Source: an uncultured Pseudomonadota bacterium
GTDB lineage: Bacteria > Oederibacteriota > Muellerivitia > Muellerivitales > Muellerivitaceae
Length of the DNA: 64,000 nucleotides
Direction of reading: 5' to 3'
NCBI GenBank assembly: GCA_963770835.1
Contig: CAVYRH010000020.1
Span: forward strand, 1 to 64,000
Below are positions 36,563 to 46,336 of the stretch, piece by piece. Numbering within the stretch: position 1 is the first letter of the stretch; the number at the start of each line of letters is the position of its first letter. The notes under the pieces were generated by a model. The model did not search any database. It was not told where the DNA came from and saw only the letters and a program-made list of their open reading frames with translations. A program made the position numbers and the translations under genes.

Positions 36563-37609
36563 TTATCTTCCGATTCCCAGTTGTTCGCCAAGAACGGCGT
36601 AAGGGGTCTGCATTTCGGTCTTACCTTTGATCTGCATGGGCGGAAGTGGGGATAGTTGAAAGTAATCCTTGGCCACTCGGGCCATTTCCTCGTTGACCAG
36701 GGTTTGGCCGTGCTTCGCCACACCGCAAAGCCGCGAAGCCATGTTGACGGTGTCGCCGATGAGGGTGAATTCCATCCGGTTGGAAGACCCCAGGTTGCCC
36801 ATAATCGCTTCCCCCGCCGTGATGCCGATACCCATGCCGATTTTGACCTCCTGGCTATAGGCCACCTTGAAAGACTGGTTCAATAGTTCGAACCGGTCCT
36901 GCATCCGCATCGCGGTACGCAGGACCATCTTGGCGGCCTCGCCTTCGTTGCCGTAGGGGCGCCGGAAATAGGCGAAGATGGCATCACCGATATACTTGTT
37001 GATGTCCCCGCCGTTTTGGGTGATGACCTCCTCCATGGCCGCGAACATCTTATTGAGGACATCCACCGTTTCTTCCGGCTTCAATTGTTCGGTCATGTGC
37101 GTGAAGCCCCTTACGTCGGAAAACAACACGTAGACTCGCCGCAGTTCTCCCCCGAGTTCGGATTTCAGGGCCTGTTTCGCGGCTTTCTCGGTCACCGAAG
37201 TGCCGACATATTTTTCCAGGGTCTGGTTTGACAATTTCGCTTTTTCCGACAGGGACTTATATTCGTTAGCGCAGGCTTGAATCAGCTTTTCCACGTTTGA
37301 AGCGGCGTTCCAGGGCATGGAGCCCTTGATTCGGATAAAGTTGAAAGGGATCATTTGATTTTTCGAAAACAGGTCCTGTAGCTCCAACGCCACGCGGTTA
37401 CGGATGCGCCAGGAAAGGATGACCCACCATAGGAAGAGCAACAACGCCGCTCCCCCGGCGATGTACACGGCCGTCGCCGAATTTTCGGGGGAAAATTGGA
37501 AGGCCACCGCGCCTGCCCCCACGCTGAAGGCAAGCCATAGGACAAACATCCCTAACCCACGTTTGATTTTCAATTGAATGTCTTTTAAAACAGGAAAATG
37601 TTCGAGCAT
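36563..37609 (-). CDS. Class III adenylate cyclase, 2-TM anchored
   Basis: LFSDVRGFT, NKYIGDAI, GNLGS..RMEFTLIGDTVNMASRL, IKGK. Confidence 0.93.
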   Translation of the reverse strand: MLEHFPVLKDIQLKIKRGLGMFVLWLAFSVGAGAVAFQFSPENSATAVYIAGGAALLLFLWWVILSWRIRNRVALELQDLFSKNQMIPFNFIRIKGSMPWNAASNVEKLIQACANEYKSLSEKAKLSNQTLEKYVGTSVTEKAAKQALKSELGGELRRVYVLFSDVRGFTHMTEQLKPEETVDVLNKMFAAMEEVITQNGGDINKYIGDAIFAYFRRPYGNEGEAAKMVLRTAMRMQDRFELLNQSFKVAYSQEVKIGMGIGITAGEAIMGNLGSSNRMEFTLIGDTVNMASRLCGVAKHGQTLVNEEMARVAKDYFQLSPLPPMQIKGKTEMQTPYAVLGEQLGIGR

Positions 37610-38174
37610 AAATATTCCTCTTTTAAAGAGCTAAACGAACGAAGCTGGAGTAAGTTTATCGCAAAACGGGGGGCTTTGATACCTTCAAAGGCAAAACGAA
37701 TGTTGAATTCTCAGTTTCAACGATGAATTGTTGAAGCTTTCCGCTTCGCGGAAAACGCAAATTTAAAATTTATAACTCTTGTCCGCAATACCGACACTTA
37801 ATTGCTTCAGGCTTAATAAGTTCGGCGCACGATGGACACTTTTTCATTTCGCCTTTTTCCAAAACCAATTGTTCTGTTTTTGCTTTATTTGGTTTTATTA
37901 AAAATACAACCAATGCACCAAAAAGCGGGCAAAATAAAATACTTATCCAAAACGCTCCCCAAAAACCATTGCCACGGTCTTCACTCCACTTCGCAACACG
38001 AAAGCACATCACCAACCAAAGGGAACAAAATAATCCGACTACTGCACTCGAAAATAAAAATAGCCACATACTAAAATTATCACTTAATGGACTTACCAGA
38101 AATGTTGCCGTTAATACAATTCCAACAAAAAAACCAAATAACGCAAATTGAAATATTTTATTTTTTATCAAGCT

Positions 38175-39345
38175 GTAACCTCTGAAAAACTCCTTCGTCT
38201 AAATGCTGAAATATAATAGCAGCATTCCAGACGGAGGGATTCCATGCAAATCAGCTTCGGGATGTACGAGGACAAGAACCGGCGACTCAAAAAGACCATG
38301 CTAGAGGAAGTGGATAAGGTTCTGGACTTTCCGAAGATCGAGAAATTGCTGATGGAAATGTACCGGGGCAACACGGGGAGACCTCCCATCCCGCCTTTGA
38401 TCTTGTTTAAATGCCTTTTGCTGGAATCCTGGTACGGCCTGTCGGATGTGGAAGTAGTCCAAGAAATCCACGACCGGCGCAGTTTTGAGCGGTTCGTGGG
38501 TGAAGGGGTGCGAGAGTACCACGTCGACGACACCACTTTGGTGAAGTTTCGGGAAAGACTCCGGGAAGCCGGTTTGATAGACCGGGTTTGGGGGGCCGTG
38601 CAACAGGGTTTAGATCGCAAAGGACTTTTGGTCAAGAAAGGGGCCATTGTGGACTCCACCCTGGTGGAAGGAGCCTGTAAACCGGAATCCAAGGATCAAG
38701 AGGGAAAGCCGGTGGATGAAGATGTTCATTACACCTCCCGGCAAGGAAAAGCCGTGGATGGGATGAAGGTTCATGTGGGTCAGGACGAGAAAAGCGGCCT
38801 GATTCGAAAGATGGATCTAAGTCATATTGAGGAACACGATCACGAACATTTCAAAGACATGGTTCCTCGCGGGGTAGAACAGGCATTTGCTGACAAGGCT
38901 TACCGGTCGGCGCAACACGATGAATATTTGGAGGAACGAGGGATTCGGAATCGAGTGTTACATCGTGTTTGGCGGGGACAGAAGCTGACCCAGAGGCAAT
39001 TAAAGCAAAACAAGGTTTGGGGCCGTGTGAGGTGCGGGATCGAGGCGACAATGAGTACCTTGAAGCGGTGGTGTTCGATGGGACGAATGAGGTACTACGG
39101 GATGGCCCGAAACAAGATTTGGGTGTTGATCTGTGGCATCGCATTTAATGGGAAAAGAGCCGTAAAGTTGGCGGCGGCCTGAGCTAAGGGGAGTTTTTTC
39201 AGAGGCAGATGACGCAAGAAGGGTCGAAAAAGGAGTTCTAGGAGTAAGTGCAACACCTTTGGAGAAACAAAAACATCTCCAAGCGGGGTTGAAAACCCTG
39301 GTGAGAAGAGTTTCAAACCAAAACAGGGAGTTTTTCAGAGGTTAC
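38175..39345 (+). mobile_element. IS5 family insertion sequence
   Basis: Perfect 19-bp terminal IRs GTAACCTCTGAAAAACTCC / GGAGTTTTTCAGAGGTTAC flanked by direct repeat AAGCT (alternatively 20-bp IR with 3-bp AGC). Confidence 0.93.
38244..39182 (+). CDS. IS5 family DDE transposase
   Basis: GRPPIP..LFKCLLL..WYGLSD, DDTTLVKFRERL, IVDSTLV, FADKAY, IEATMSTLK. Confidence 0.94.
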   Translation: MQISFGMYEDKNRRLKKTMLEEVDKVLDFPKIEKLLMEMYRGNTGRPPIPPLILFKCLLLESWYGLSDVEVVQEIHDRRSFERFVGEGVREYHVDDTTLVKFRERLREAGLIDRVWGAVQQGLDRKGLLVKKGAIVDSTLVEGACKPESKDQEGKPVDEDVHYTSRQGKAVDGMKVHVGQDEKSGLIRKMDLSHIEEHDHEHFKDMVPRGVEQAFADKAYRSAQHDEYLEERGIRNRVLHRVWRGQKLTQRQLKQNKVWGRVRCGIEATMSTLKRWCSMGRMRYYGMARNKIWVLICGIAFNGKRAVKLAAA

Positions 39346-39680
39346 AAGCTTAATAAATATCCTATTCCAAAACCAATTAATGAACTAAGAGCAACAACTA
39401 CCAAAAATAAAACTATTTGCGTTAATACCGAATCAACATCAGCAATTTCATAAAACTTTTCGGGTAAATGTAATTCGCCACTCCACATCTTAAAAATAGC
39501 AAGCCAGCCAAAATTCAAGGCTCCCAGAATTAACCCTAAGACAGCCCCATAAACCGCAAATCTATTTTTCATAAATTTCAGAAACGTCATTCCTCTTCTC
39601 CTTTTTCTTAGCTTCTCCTTTTTTCCTTAGAACGCGGAATATATTCTGTGTTCTATTTTGATTGTTTCAAAATTTATTTT

Positions 39681-41105
39681 TTAAACGTTGGTTAATTCCT
39701 TGCCCGCCAGTCTCAGCCGTTCAAGGCCTTCCGGAGAACGGGCCTCCATATAGCAACGCATGAGGGGTTCGGTGCCTGAAAAACGCACTGCCAGCCATTC
39801 ACCGTTGGCCAGGATGAACTGGGTGCCGTCCTTGTGGGAAACTTCGGTGACCTTTTGGCCGGCGATATCAGTGGGCGGGTTATCCTTGAGCTTGGCGGTC
39901 ATGACTTCCTTTAATCCGTCTTTCAATTTGAGGTTCAGGCGGTCGGAGTAGTAACCCCCATATTGCTGGTACAGCCCCTTCAATACGGCGGACAGGGTCT
40001 TGCCGGCTTGGGCCACCACTTCGGCCATTAAAAGGCAGGCGAGTACACCGTCCTTTTCCGGCACATGGCCATGGACTGTCAGGCCCCCGGATTCCTCGCC
40101 GCCGATGATGATGGGTTCCTTGGCCATGATCTCGGCGATGTACTTGAACCCGACGGGCGTTTCTTTCAAGGGTACGTTATGGGCCTTGGCGATGGCGTCA
40201 ATGAGGTGGGTGGTGGGTACAGTGCGCACCACGCAGCCCTTCCAATCGCGGGTGTTCAAAAGGTGGTCGAAAAGGATGGCGAGGACCTCGTTGGGGGTGA
40301 TGTAGGTTCCATCCGCGTCGATGATTCCGAAACGGTCGGCGTCCCCGTCGTTGGCCAACCCCATGTGAGCCGGCCAGGTTCGCACCAACTGGGAAGCTTC
40401 CTTTAGTTGCTGCACACCAGGTTCCGGATGTTGCCCACCGAAATAAGGGTCGCGATTGTTGTGCAGGACCTTTAGGTTGATCCCCGCCTCTTGAAGGAGG
40501 ATATCCAGGTAACCGGCTCCATTGCCGTGCATGAGGTCCACAACGATCTTCAATCGGGCCTTTTTGAGTATGTCGAACTGGACAATCTCCCGGATGCGCT
40601 TGAAATATTCCTCTTTGGGATCGATAGGGATGATAAGCCCCTTTTCCTCCGCCTGGGCATAGGGCATCTCAGGGATTTTGGAACCTTTTGAAGCGATACT
40701 CTCGGTGAGTGATTCCAGGGACAGGGTAACTTGGACCGGCGCGGGCCCACCATCGGAGCCGTTGAATTTCAAGCCTTGGTATTGGGCCGGGTTATGGCTG
40801 GCTGTGAAATTGATGGACCCAGCTGTTCCACGGCGGATGAGCTCGTACGAAACAGTGGGGGTAGGAGTCCCTACGGGGCACATATAGGAAACAATGCCGT
40901 GGCCCGCCAAAACTTGGGCCGTGGCTTTCATGAATTCTTCAGATAGGAATCGATAATCCCCCGCCACCACCACGCCTTTGGAAGCCTCCCCTGTTTGCTG
41001 GAGGTGTTGGGCAATGGCCGCAACCGCAATCTTCACATTGGCGAAGGTGAAGTCTTCCGCCAAAATTGCTCGCCAACCCGAAGTGCCAAAGGTAATCTTA
41101 GCCAC
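39681..41105 (-). CDS. Phosphoglucomutase/phosphomannomutase
   Basis: FGTSGWR, TASHNP, DGDADRFG, GEESGG, RFSGTEP. Confidence 0.95.
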   Translation of the reverse strand: MAKITFGTSGWRAILAEDFTFANVKIAVAAIAQHLQQTGEASKGVVVAGDYRFLSEEFMKATAQVLAGHGIVSYMCPVGTPTPTVSYELIRRGTAGSINFTASHNPAQYQGLKFNGSDGGPAPVQVTLSLESLTESIASKGSKIPEMPYAQAEEKGLIIPIDPKEEYFKRIREIVQFDILKKARLKIVVDLMHGNGAGYLDILLQEAGINLKVLHNNRDPYFGGQHPEPGVQQLKEASQLVRTWPAHMGLANDGDADRFGIIDADGTYITPNEVLAILFDHLLNTRDWKGCVVRTVPTTHLIDAIAKAHNVPLKETPVGFKYIAEIMAKEPIIIGGEESGGLTVHGHVPEKDGVLACLLMAEVVAQAGKTLSAVLKGLYQQYGGYYSDRLNLKLKDGLKEVMTAKLKDNPPTDIAGQKVTEVSHKDGTQFILANGEWLAVRFSGTEPLMRCYMEARSPEGLERLRLAGKELTNV

Positions 41106-41196
41106 GGTTAACGTCCTTTTAGGTCAAATGGGAAAAAACGATGAAAGTTTAGGGAAATTCTGGAACCTTCGCAACGCTTTTAGGGGGGTCGGAATC

Positions 41197-43698
41197 CTAA
41201 CTTTGCCACTTCTTGATCTTATCCACATAGGCCGTGACAAGTTCTTGAGCTTTCTTTTCGTTCTCAGCCTCCGCGGTCACATGGAAGAGGGCCATGTCCG
41301 CGTCCGGCAGGATCATGATGGAAGAACCGTTCTGGGTGAGTTTCACGCCGTCGATCAGTTCCCGCTTCTCGCCTTCCGTGTCCTCGATCAGGTGGCGCAT
41401 GATCGTTCCTTTCATTTCCCAGGAGCAAGGTACCTTCTGGCTGATTTGGATTTTCTTGGGGATCTGGTCCAGGTAGTGGGAGATGGGCTTTCCTTCAATA
41501 GCGATGAATTCCATTAATTTCGCAGTGGACATCATGGCATCCATGAAGGGCGCGAAAGAGGGGAAAATGAAGCCGCCGTCGGACTCGCCCACGAAGGCCA
41601 CGTCTTTTTGCGTGGCAGCCTCCATGAGGGAATAATAATTGATGCGGGTCCTTTGGATCTTCCCGCCGTTGGCCTTTGCTAGGTCGTCCAATATATGGGA
41701 ACCATTGACGGGCACCACCGTCTTGGCGCCCTTTTGCCAGTGATAGGTATAAAGGGAAAAGAGGGCCAAGAGCTCGGTCCCCTCCAAAAGATGGCCTTTT
41801 TCATCCACCACGAAAATCTTTTCCGCGCCCGAGTCGAACAAGACCCCAAAATTGGCTTTCAAGGTCGGCACAATGTCCGAAAGCTGTTTCAGGGCCGCTT
41901 GGAATTCTTCCGGGGTTTTGGTGAGCTTGGTTTCATCCATATAGGCGTTTAGGGCCACCACCTCGCAGCCCAACTTGCCCAAAAGCCAGGGAAAAATGGG
42001 GGCGGCGGCCGAAAAGGCGTAATCAATGATGACCTTGGGCTTGTATTCCATGATGCCCTTCACGTCCAGGGCATCCAGAAATCCCTGGTGGTAGAACTCA
42101 ATCATGCGGTGGGGGAAGACCAATTCGCCCGTTTCCTCCATGGTGGCGCGACGGAAATCCTCCCGGTAAAAAAGATTCTCGATCCCTTTTTCCTTGCCGG
42201 AGGATAAGGCTAAACCCTGCCCATCGAAAAATTTGATGTCAATGAACTGCTTGTCGAAGGGGCTCTTGCGGGTATGCAGGCCCCCCGCGTCGGTGAGCTT
42301 GGGTACCGCATAACGGGACACCGAGATGGGCATTTCCTGCAGGTCGTGCACGTTGACGCCCGAAGAGAGGATTCCCGAGATGAGCGCCCGGTTGATCATG
42401 CGGCTGGTTTTGTGGATGTCGCGGGCCGTCAGGACGGTCGAACCCTTGGGCAGCGAGGCCCCATAGGCCGCCCCCAGTTTGCTGGCGAATTCCGGCGTGA
42501 TGTCGATGCCCGCCATGCCGGTGACGCCGTGCTGGCCGAAGATGGACCGAGCCCATTTGTCGCCCCAGACGAGGGAGGTGGAAAGTTGGGCGCCGTCCTC
42601 CACCACCTTGTTGGGCCATACCTTGACGCCGGCCTTGATAACCGCTTCTTTGCCGATGGTGCAGTTGTCGGAGATGATGGCGCCCTCAAAAACATTGGCC
42701 TTCTCCTGAACGTCGGCGCCCGAGGCGATGACGCATTCCCTCACCTGGGCTTCCGCGCCGATTAAAACGTTTCGCCATAGAGTGGCGTTGATAAGGACCG
42801 CCCCTTCCTCCACTTGACAACCGTCCCCGAGGACCGAATTGGTGATCTTGGCGTTCTTCCCGACGTTGCAATTGTCGCCTAGGACCACGGTGCCCGAAAG
42901 CTGGGCCGAGGAATCGATGTGGGTCCCCTTCCCGATCCAAATTTCCTTTCCCACCTTGTTTTGCCGGGAACCGGGGATGGCTATTTCCACCTTGCCCGCG
43001 AAGACATCTTGGTGGGCGATACGGTACTGGTCCAGGTTGCCGATGTCCGCCCAATAGCCCTGGGCGATATAGCCGTAAAGTAGCATGCCTTCCTTCAGCA
43101 TGTGGGGAAATAGATTCTTGGAAAAATCGTACTCGGATTTTTCCGGGATCAGGTCGAGAACATCGGGTTCCAAAATATAGATGCCCGTATTGACCGTGTC
43201 GGAGAAAACCTCGCCCCAAGTGGGCTTCTCAAGGAAGCGTTGAATCTTGCCGTCCTTGCCAGTGATAACCACGCCGAAAGCCAGGGGGTTTTCCACCCTC
43301 GTCAGGATCATGGTGGCCTTGGCCCTGTTTTGTTCGTGGAACTTAATGGCGGCGGTGAGGTCGAAGTCGGTTAAAACATCCCCCGAGATGACCACAAACC
43401 GCTCGTCACCGATCAAGGATTGGCAGTTCTTCACCGAACCCGCCGTGCCCAGGTCGGATTCGGCGGCCTTGTACATCATCTGGATGCCGAAATCGGCGCC
43501 ATCGTGGAAATATTCGGTGATGACTTCCGGCTGGTAAAAAACCACGCTAATGAGGTCGGTCAGCTTGTGTTTTTTAAGGAGTTCCACGATGATTTCCATG
43601 ATTGGCCGATTGACCATGGGGATCATAGGTTTGGGAAGGTTGATGGTAAGGGGCCGCATGCGTGTGCCGAAGCCGCCCGCCATAATGACTGCTTTCAT
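41197..43698 (-). CDS. Mannose-1-phosphate guanylyltransferase fused to hexapeptide repeats and a PMM-like domain
   Basis: MKAVIMAGGFGTRMRPLT, LGTAGSVK, FLEKP, hexapeptide repeats, C-terminal phosphohexomutase fold. Confidence 0.92.
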   Translation of the reverse strand: MKAVIMAGGFGTRMRPLTINLPKPMIPMVNRPIMEIIVELLKKHKLTDLISVVFYQPEVITEYFHDGADFGIQMMYKAAESDLGTAGSVKNCQSLIGDERFVVISGDVLTDFDLTAAIKFHEQNRAKATMILTRVENPLAFGVVITGKDGKIQRFLEKPTWGEVFSDTVNTGIYILEPDVLDLIPEKSEYDFSKNLFPHMLKEGMLLYGYIAQGYWADIGNLDQYRIAHQDVFAGKVEIAIPGSRQNKVGKEIWIGKGTHIDSSAQLSGTVVLGDNCNVGKNAKITNSVLGDGCQVEEGAVLINATLWRNVLIGAEAQVRECVIASGADVQEKANVFEGAIISDNCTIGKEAVIKAGVKVWPNKVVEDGAQLSTSLVWGDKWARSIFGQHGVTGMAGIDITPEFASKLGAAYGASLPKGSTVLTARDIHKTSRMINRALISGILSSGVNVHDLQEMPISVSRYAVPKLTDAGGLHTRKSPFDKQFIDIKFFDGQGLALSSGKEKGIENLFYREDFRRATMEETGELVFPHRMIEFYHQGFLDALDVKGIMEYKPKVIIDYAFSAAAPIFPWLLGKLGCEVVALNAYMDETKLTKTPEEFQAALKQLSDIVPTLKANFGVLFDSGAEKIFVVDEKGHLLEGTELLALFSLYTYHWQKGAKTVVPVNGSHILDDLAKANGGKIQRTRINYYSLMEAATQKDVAFVGESDGGFIFPSFAPFMDAMMSTAKLMEFIAIEGKPISHYLDQIPKKIQISQKVPCSWEMKGTIMRHLIEDTEGEKRELIDGVKLTQNGSSIMILPDADMALFHVTAEAENEKKAQELVTAYVDKIKKWQS

Positions 43699-44067
43699 GC
43701 CGGCCTTCCTTTAAGTAGCCGCACGGCAAGCCGCACGGAAAACAGAGGTCGGTATAGTACCGATTTCCATTTTGATGTAGTTAAAATCGGTGAATCGGCA
43801 CATTAATGCCTCCGTTTTTCGAGGGCCTGGTTCATGGGCCGAAGATGACTTCAAGACAAAAATTAATGGAAACGGGAACACACCGATACCTGCCAAGAGC
43901 AGTTCAACTTATGTATTTTAACTTATTTCACGCGAAAATATAACTTTTCTCAATGGGAACGAAGTGACACAATATCGCCCCGATCCTAAGCTATTGTGGA
44001 TCGCCTTGCTTTTTAAAGCCCCAAATTCGATGTTATAACCTCGCCATCAACAAGGAGCATCATTCAA

Positions 44068-45426
44068 ATGAGCATCAACGAACAGGACGTCCTGAAAGTT
44101 CTTCGGACCATCCAGGACCCCGACCTTCACCAGGACATCGTTTCTTTGGGTTTCATTAAGAACATGAAAATCGAAGCAGGCAAAGTGGCCTTCGATATTG
44201 AAATGACGACTCCCGCCTGCCCGGTTAAGGACCTCTTCAAAAGCCAGGCCACCGAAGCCGTGCGAAAACTTGAAGGCGTCACCGGCGTAGAGGTCCAAAT
44301 GACTTCCAACGTCCGGCAGGCGCCCACCGGCATCAAGAACGTCAATATGCCCACGGTCAAAAACCTGATTGCCGTGGCTTCCGGCAAGGGGGGCGTGGGA
44401 AAGAGCACCGTCTCGGCCAACCTGGCACTGGCCTTGGCCAAAACCGGTGCTTCGGTGGGGCTCATGGATGCCGACGTTTACGGTCCTTCCATCCCCCGAA
44501 TGTTGGGCGTCGTCGGCCAACAACCCGACACCGATCCCCTTTCCAAAAAGATGATCCCCTTCGAGAAACATGGCATTAAATTTATGTCGGTGGGAATGCT
44601 ACAGCAGGAATCCGACACCGCCCTTATCTGGCGGGGTCCCATGGCCAGCAAATTGGTCCAACAGTTCCTGGCGGGGGTGGAATGGGGCGCCTTGGACTAC
44701 CTTTTGATCGATCTTCCGCCGGGTACCGGCGATATCCAGTTGACCTTGACCCAATCGGTGCCCTTGGCGGGCGCTATCATCGTGACCACCCCCCAGGATG
44801 TGGCCCGCACCATTACCCAAAAGGGCTTGCGGATGTTTCAACAGGTCCAGGTTCCCATTATCGGCATCGTGGAAAACATGAGTGGTTTCGTGTGCGAACA
44901 CTGCCACGAGGTGACAGCCATTTTCAAGAAGGGTGGCGGGCGAAAGATGGCCGAGGAGCTGCACGTTCCTTTCTTGGGCGAAGTTCCCTTGGAGCCCATC
45001 ATTACGGCGGATGGGGACTACGGCGTCCCGACGGTAGCCGCCCACCCCGAGTCCCTTTCCGGCAAGGCCTATGAACTTATGGCCCGGCAAATGGCCTCCC
45101 AGCTTTCGATCATTAATGAAGCGACTTCCAAAGTTTCCTCCCGGCCCCGGGAAGTCAACACGGAAGACCCCCAAGTGACCGTCGTCACCTGGGACGACGG
45201 TGCCACTATGCGGTACCCCAACCGTTATTTGAGGAGCATGTGCCCCTGCGCCCAATGCGTGAACGAGGTGACGGGCGAACGGATGATCAACCTGGAAGCG
45301 ATTGACCCCGCAGTACGCATCACGGCTGTTTCACCGGTGGGGCGCTATGCCCTTCACTTCCAATGGTCCGACGGCCATGGGACGGGCCTTTATTCCTTTG
45401 ATACGCTTCGAAAACTCGGGGAATAA
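44068..45426 (+). CDS. mrp: Mrp/ApbC Fe-S cluster carrier with N-terminal DUF59 and C-terminal DUF971-like domain (HCF101-like)
   Basis: DPDLHQDIVSLG, TTPACP, SGKGGVGKST, DLPPGTGD, ENMS..CEHC; C-terminal LRSMCPCAQC..VGRYALHFQWSDGHGTGLY. Confidence 0.92.
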   Translation: MSINEQDVLKVLRTIQDPDLHQDIVSLGFIKNMKIEAGKVAFDIEMTTPACPVKDLFKSQATEAVRKLEGVTGVEVQMTSNVRQAPTGIKNVNMPTVKNLIAVASGKGGVGKSTVSANLALALAKTGASVGLMDADVYGPSIPRMLGVVGQQPDTDPLSKKMIPFEKHGIKFMSVGMLQQESDTALIWRGPMASKLVQQFLAGVEWGALDYLLIDLPPGTGDIQLTLTQSVPLAGAIIVTTPQDVARTITQKGLRMFQQVQVPIIGIVENMSGFVCEHCHEVTAIFKKGGGRKMAEELHVPFLGEVPLEPIITADGDYGVPTVAAHPESLSGKAYELMARQMASQLSIINEATSKVSSRPREVNTEDPQVTVVTWDDGATMRYPNRYLRSMCPCAQCVNEVTGERMINLEAIDPAVRITAVSPVGRYALHFQWSDGHGTGLYSFDTLRKLGE

Positions 45427-45532
45427 GAACCGGGTTAACTTTCTAACTCCCCCTCCTTTCTTTCCTAACTTTTTTCTCCATAAAATAAACTTAGGTCGTG
45501 GCCTTGTTTAATCTTTTCAAGGGGAGGCCTTT

Positions 45533-45778
45533 ATGAACAGCCTGGTAATGGTTGTGGTTGTAGGTCTTTTGGCCGGATGGCTGGCGGGCAAGATCCAAAA
45601 AGGAAAGGGGTTTGGGATCGCCGGCAACTTGGTGATCGGCATACTGGGTTCGGTTTTCGGCACTTGGCTTTTCAACCAGTTGGGTTTATCCCCCTACGGT
45701 TTCGCGGGTAATCTTATTGTGGCGGTCGTGGGAGCCCTGGTTATTTTGTTTCTGCTGAGTGCAGTGGCTAAAAAGTAA
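45533..45778 (+). CDS. GlsB/YeaQ/YmgE family stress-response membrane protein
   Basis: GLLAGWLAGKI..G.GIAGNLVIGILGSVFG..VAVVGALVILF. Confidence 0.9.
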   Translation: MNSLVMVVVVGLLAGWLAGKIQKGKGFGIAGNLVIGILGSVFGTWLFNQLGLSPYGFAGNLIVAVVGALVILFLLSAVAKK

Positions 45779-45806
45779 ATTTTTTCCAACCGAAAGAGGT
45801 CAAACC

Positions 45807-46202
45807 ATGAAAAAAATCTTTGCTGCTGGTTTGTTGGTGGGGGCATTGGCGGCGGGCCTGGCCTTTGCGGCCGATTCCACCGATCAAAAGATCTCTCAGG
45901 ACACGAACGATCTTAAAAAAGATTACGCAATAAAGGTTCATAGGGATTTAAAGAAAATCAACGCTAAGATCTATCAGTTGAAGCAGGGCCTGAAAAAAGA
46001 CGGCAAAACCGCCGATGCGGATTTCAAGCGGCAAGTCAAAAACTTGGAGATCCAAAAGGCGGGCGTGGACAAAAAACTCGTGGAACTCGAGAAATCCACG
46101 GGAGACGCTTGGAAGGATCTCCGCCAGGGGGTGGATGGCGCGGTGGCGGATTTGAGAAAGTCCGTCGACGGGGCTGTAAATCAGTTTAAACAGAAAAAGT
46201 AG
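45807..46202 (+). CDS. Secreted coiled-coil hypothetical protein
   Basis: Signal peptide (AFA), STGDAWKDLRQGVDGA motif. Confidence 0.78.
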   Translation: MKKIFAAGLLVGALAAGLAFAADSTDQKISQDTNDLKKDYAIKVHRDLKKINAKIYQLKQGLKKDGKTADADFKRQVKNLEIQKAGVDKKLVELEKSTGDAWKDLRQGVDGAVADLRKSVDGAVNQFKQKK

Positions 46203-46217
46203 CCGCCGCTTCGGTTG

Positions 46218-46250
46218 AAAGGTCGCTTTCCCAAAGGCGGCCTTTTTTAT
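46218..46250 (+). terminator. Rho-independent terminator
   Basis: AAAGGTCGCTTT/AAAGGCGGCCTTT stem followed by a T-run. Confidence 0.7.
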
Positions 46251-46336
46251 TGCTGGACATTGATAATGGTTTTCAATACGATCATGGGGTTCTCGACACT
46301 CAAACCACGACAAATCGCCAAAGAATCCTTAATTTA

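Larger units (their letters stand above)
37770..39590 (-). pseudogene. Low-GC membrane protein with C-terminal zinc ribbon, split by IS5 (fragments 39342..39590 and 37770..38171)
   Basis: Removing the IS and one AAGCT joins ..GIGYLLSL to IKNKIFQ.. in frame; C-terminal KKCPSCAE..IKCRYCG. Confidence 0.85.

Noticed and set aside
46203..46336. Metal riboswitch (M-box or yybP-ykoY) before the NRAMP gene
   Set aside because: The space after the upstream terminator is short and no recognisable consensus was seen
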